Virus record (IMG/VR): IMGVR_UViG_3300045988_183881
Location: 1-5,655 of that record
From: a virus
DNA length: 5,655 nucleotides
Reading direction: 5' to 3' (one strand)
Below the pieces are notes generated by a model. It had not been told where the DNA came from, ran no database searches, and worked only from the letters and a program-made list of their open reading frames with translations. This document shows, piece after piece, positions 5,351 through 5,655 of this stretch (its first letter is position 1; each line of letters opens with the position of its first letter). Made by a program: the position numbers and the translations under genes.

Positions 5351-5374
5351 AACCGTGTGCATCTGCACACGGTT
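5351..5374. promoter_or_regulatory. Perfect palindrome AACCGTGTGCA tc TGCACACGGTT: 11-bp arms with a 2-bp centre. It shares the AACCGTG / CACGGTT half-site with the hairpin at 339-368.
   Basis: The reverse complement of 5351-5361 equals 5364-5374. It lies 8 nt from the previous palindrome, between divergent promoters. Confidence 0.5.
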
Positions 5375-5414
5375 GAAACTCATCATATAATTATTGGTTA
5401 CTCGCTACCAGTAA

Positions 5415-5443
5415 TTGACCACCACAAGAGACAATTGTATTAT
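5415..5443 (+). promoter_or_regulatory. Sigma70-like promoter on the plus strand: TTGACC, 17-nt spacer, TATTAT. It is the only convincing plus-strand transcription signal.
   Basis: TTGACC at 5415-5420, TATTAT at 5438-5443, with an exact 17-nt spacer. Confidence 0.45.
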
Positions 5444-5449
5444 CTTTTT

Positions 5450-5566
5450 TGGATGCAAGCTATCCCACATATCAGAAAAAATTGTTGCTAGCTCCTGATG
5501 GGCGAGCTACTTCTTACATAAAAACCGAATTTAGTAAACGGTCAACCATTCGGTTGATTTTTTTTT
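5450..5566 (+). ncRNA. Candidate noncoding RNA of about 110 nt on the plus strand, running from the 5415-5443 promoter to the 5523-5566 terminator. Alternatively it is the complementary-strand primer-RNA region of the origin.
   Basis: No ORF longer than 12 codons and no SD within it. It is bounded by the promoter and the hairpin plus T9. Confidence 0.3.
5523..5566 (+). terminator. Intrinsic terminator on the plus strand. It is a hairpin followed by T9, using either stem AACCGAAT/ATTCGGTT or the shorter CAACC attc GGTTG. It is weaker in the minus sense (UUUUUAU).
   Basis: Reverse complement of 5523-5530 equals 5548-5555. 5543-5547 pairs with 5552-5556. T9 runs 5558-5566, which equals window positions 2-10. 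Confidence 0.55.
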
Positions 5567-5655
5567 AGATCACAAAACCAGTGTCTAAAAAAAAACGTAG
5601 CCGTTGACAAAATCAGGATTTTATATACACGGGCGAACAAGCACAGCTTAGGCAA
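5557..5655. repeat. Second copy of the 99-bp terminal repeat (duplicate of 1-99).
   Basis: Identical to 1-99. Confidence 0.85.

Noticed and set aside
1-5655. Microviridae-type genome. This was considered because of the about 5.5-kb circle and the YxxKYxxK Rep.
   Set aside because: There is no large jelly-roll capsid protein. The 538-aa ORF has a signal peptide, a low-complexity linker and a C-terminal TM anchor instead. A Zot/pI P-loop ATPase and 44-57-aa coat-like peptides are present, and these are inovirus hallmarks.
1-5655. CRISPR arrays, rRNA or tRNA genes, and transposase or IS elements.
   Set aside because: There are no regularly spaced direct repeats, no conserved rRNA or tRNA motifs, and no transposase-like ORF. 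The only repeats are the terminal overlap and short intergenic words.

Overview
The window appears to be a complete circular replicon of 5556 bp that was assembled with a 99-bp terminal overlap: bases 1-99 are identical to 5557-5655. It is organised like a miniature filamentous phage (Inoviridae-like). All ten credible protein genes lie on the minus strand in the canonical inovirus order. Running from high to low coordinates they are: an HUH rolling-circle Rep with phiX-A/gII-type motifs; a small ORF overlapping the Rep stop; a 75-aa beta-rich protein at the gV position; three small coat-like membrane proteins of 57, 44 and 54 aa; a 538-aa pIII-like adsorption protein with a signal peptide and a C-terminal anchor; a 75-aa hydrophobic pVI-like protein; a 206-aa Zot/pI-like P-loop assembly ATPase; and a 66-aa XRE-family HTH regulator. 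Strong AGGAGG-type ribosome-binding sites precede nearly every gene, and there is no secretin gene. Together these suggest a Gram-positive, possibly Firmicutes host, but that is inference. The remaining roughly 0.9 kb (4852-5556 plus 1-119) is noncoding and highly structured. It contains perfect palindromes, a sigma70-like promoter facing rep, an extended intrinsic-terminator-like hairpin upstream of rep, a lone plus-strand promoter-terminator pair that would make a ~110-nt RNA, and a T9/A9 hairpin. Two regulatory hairpins share the half-site AACCGTG...CACGGTT, which is a candidate operator for the XRE protein. All plus-strand ORFs in the provided track look like antisense artefacts. Every functional assignment rests on motifs I can read directly; no database search was possible.
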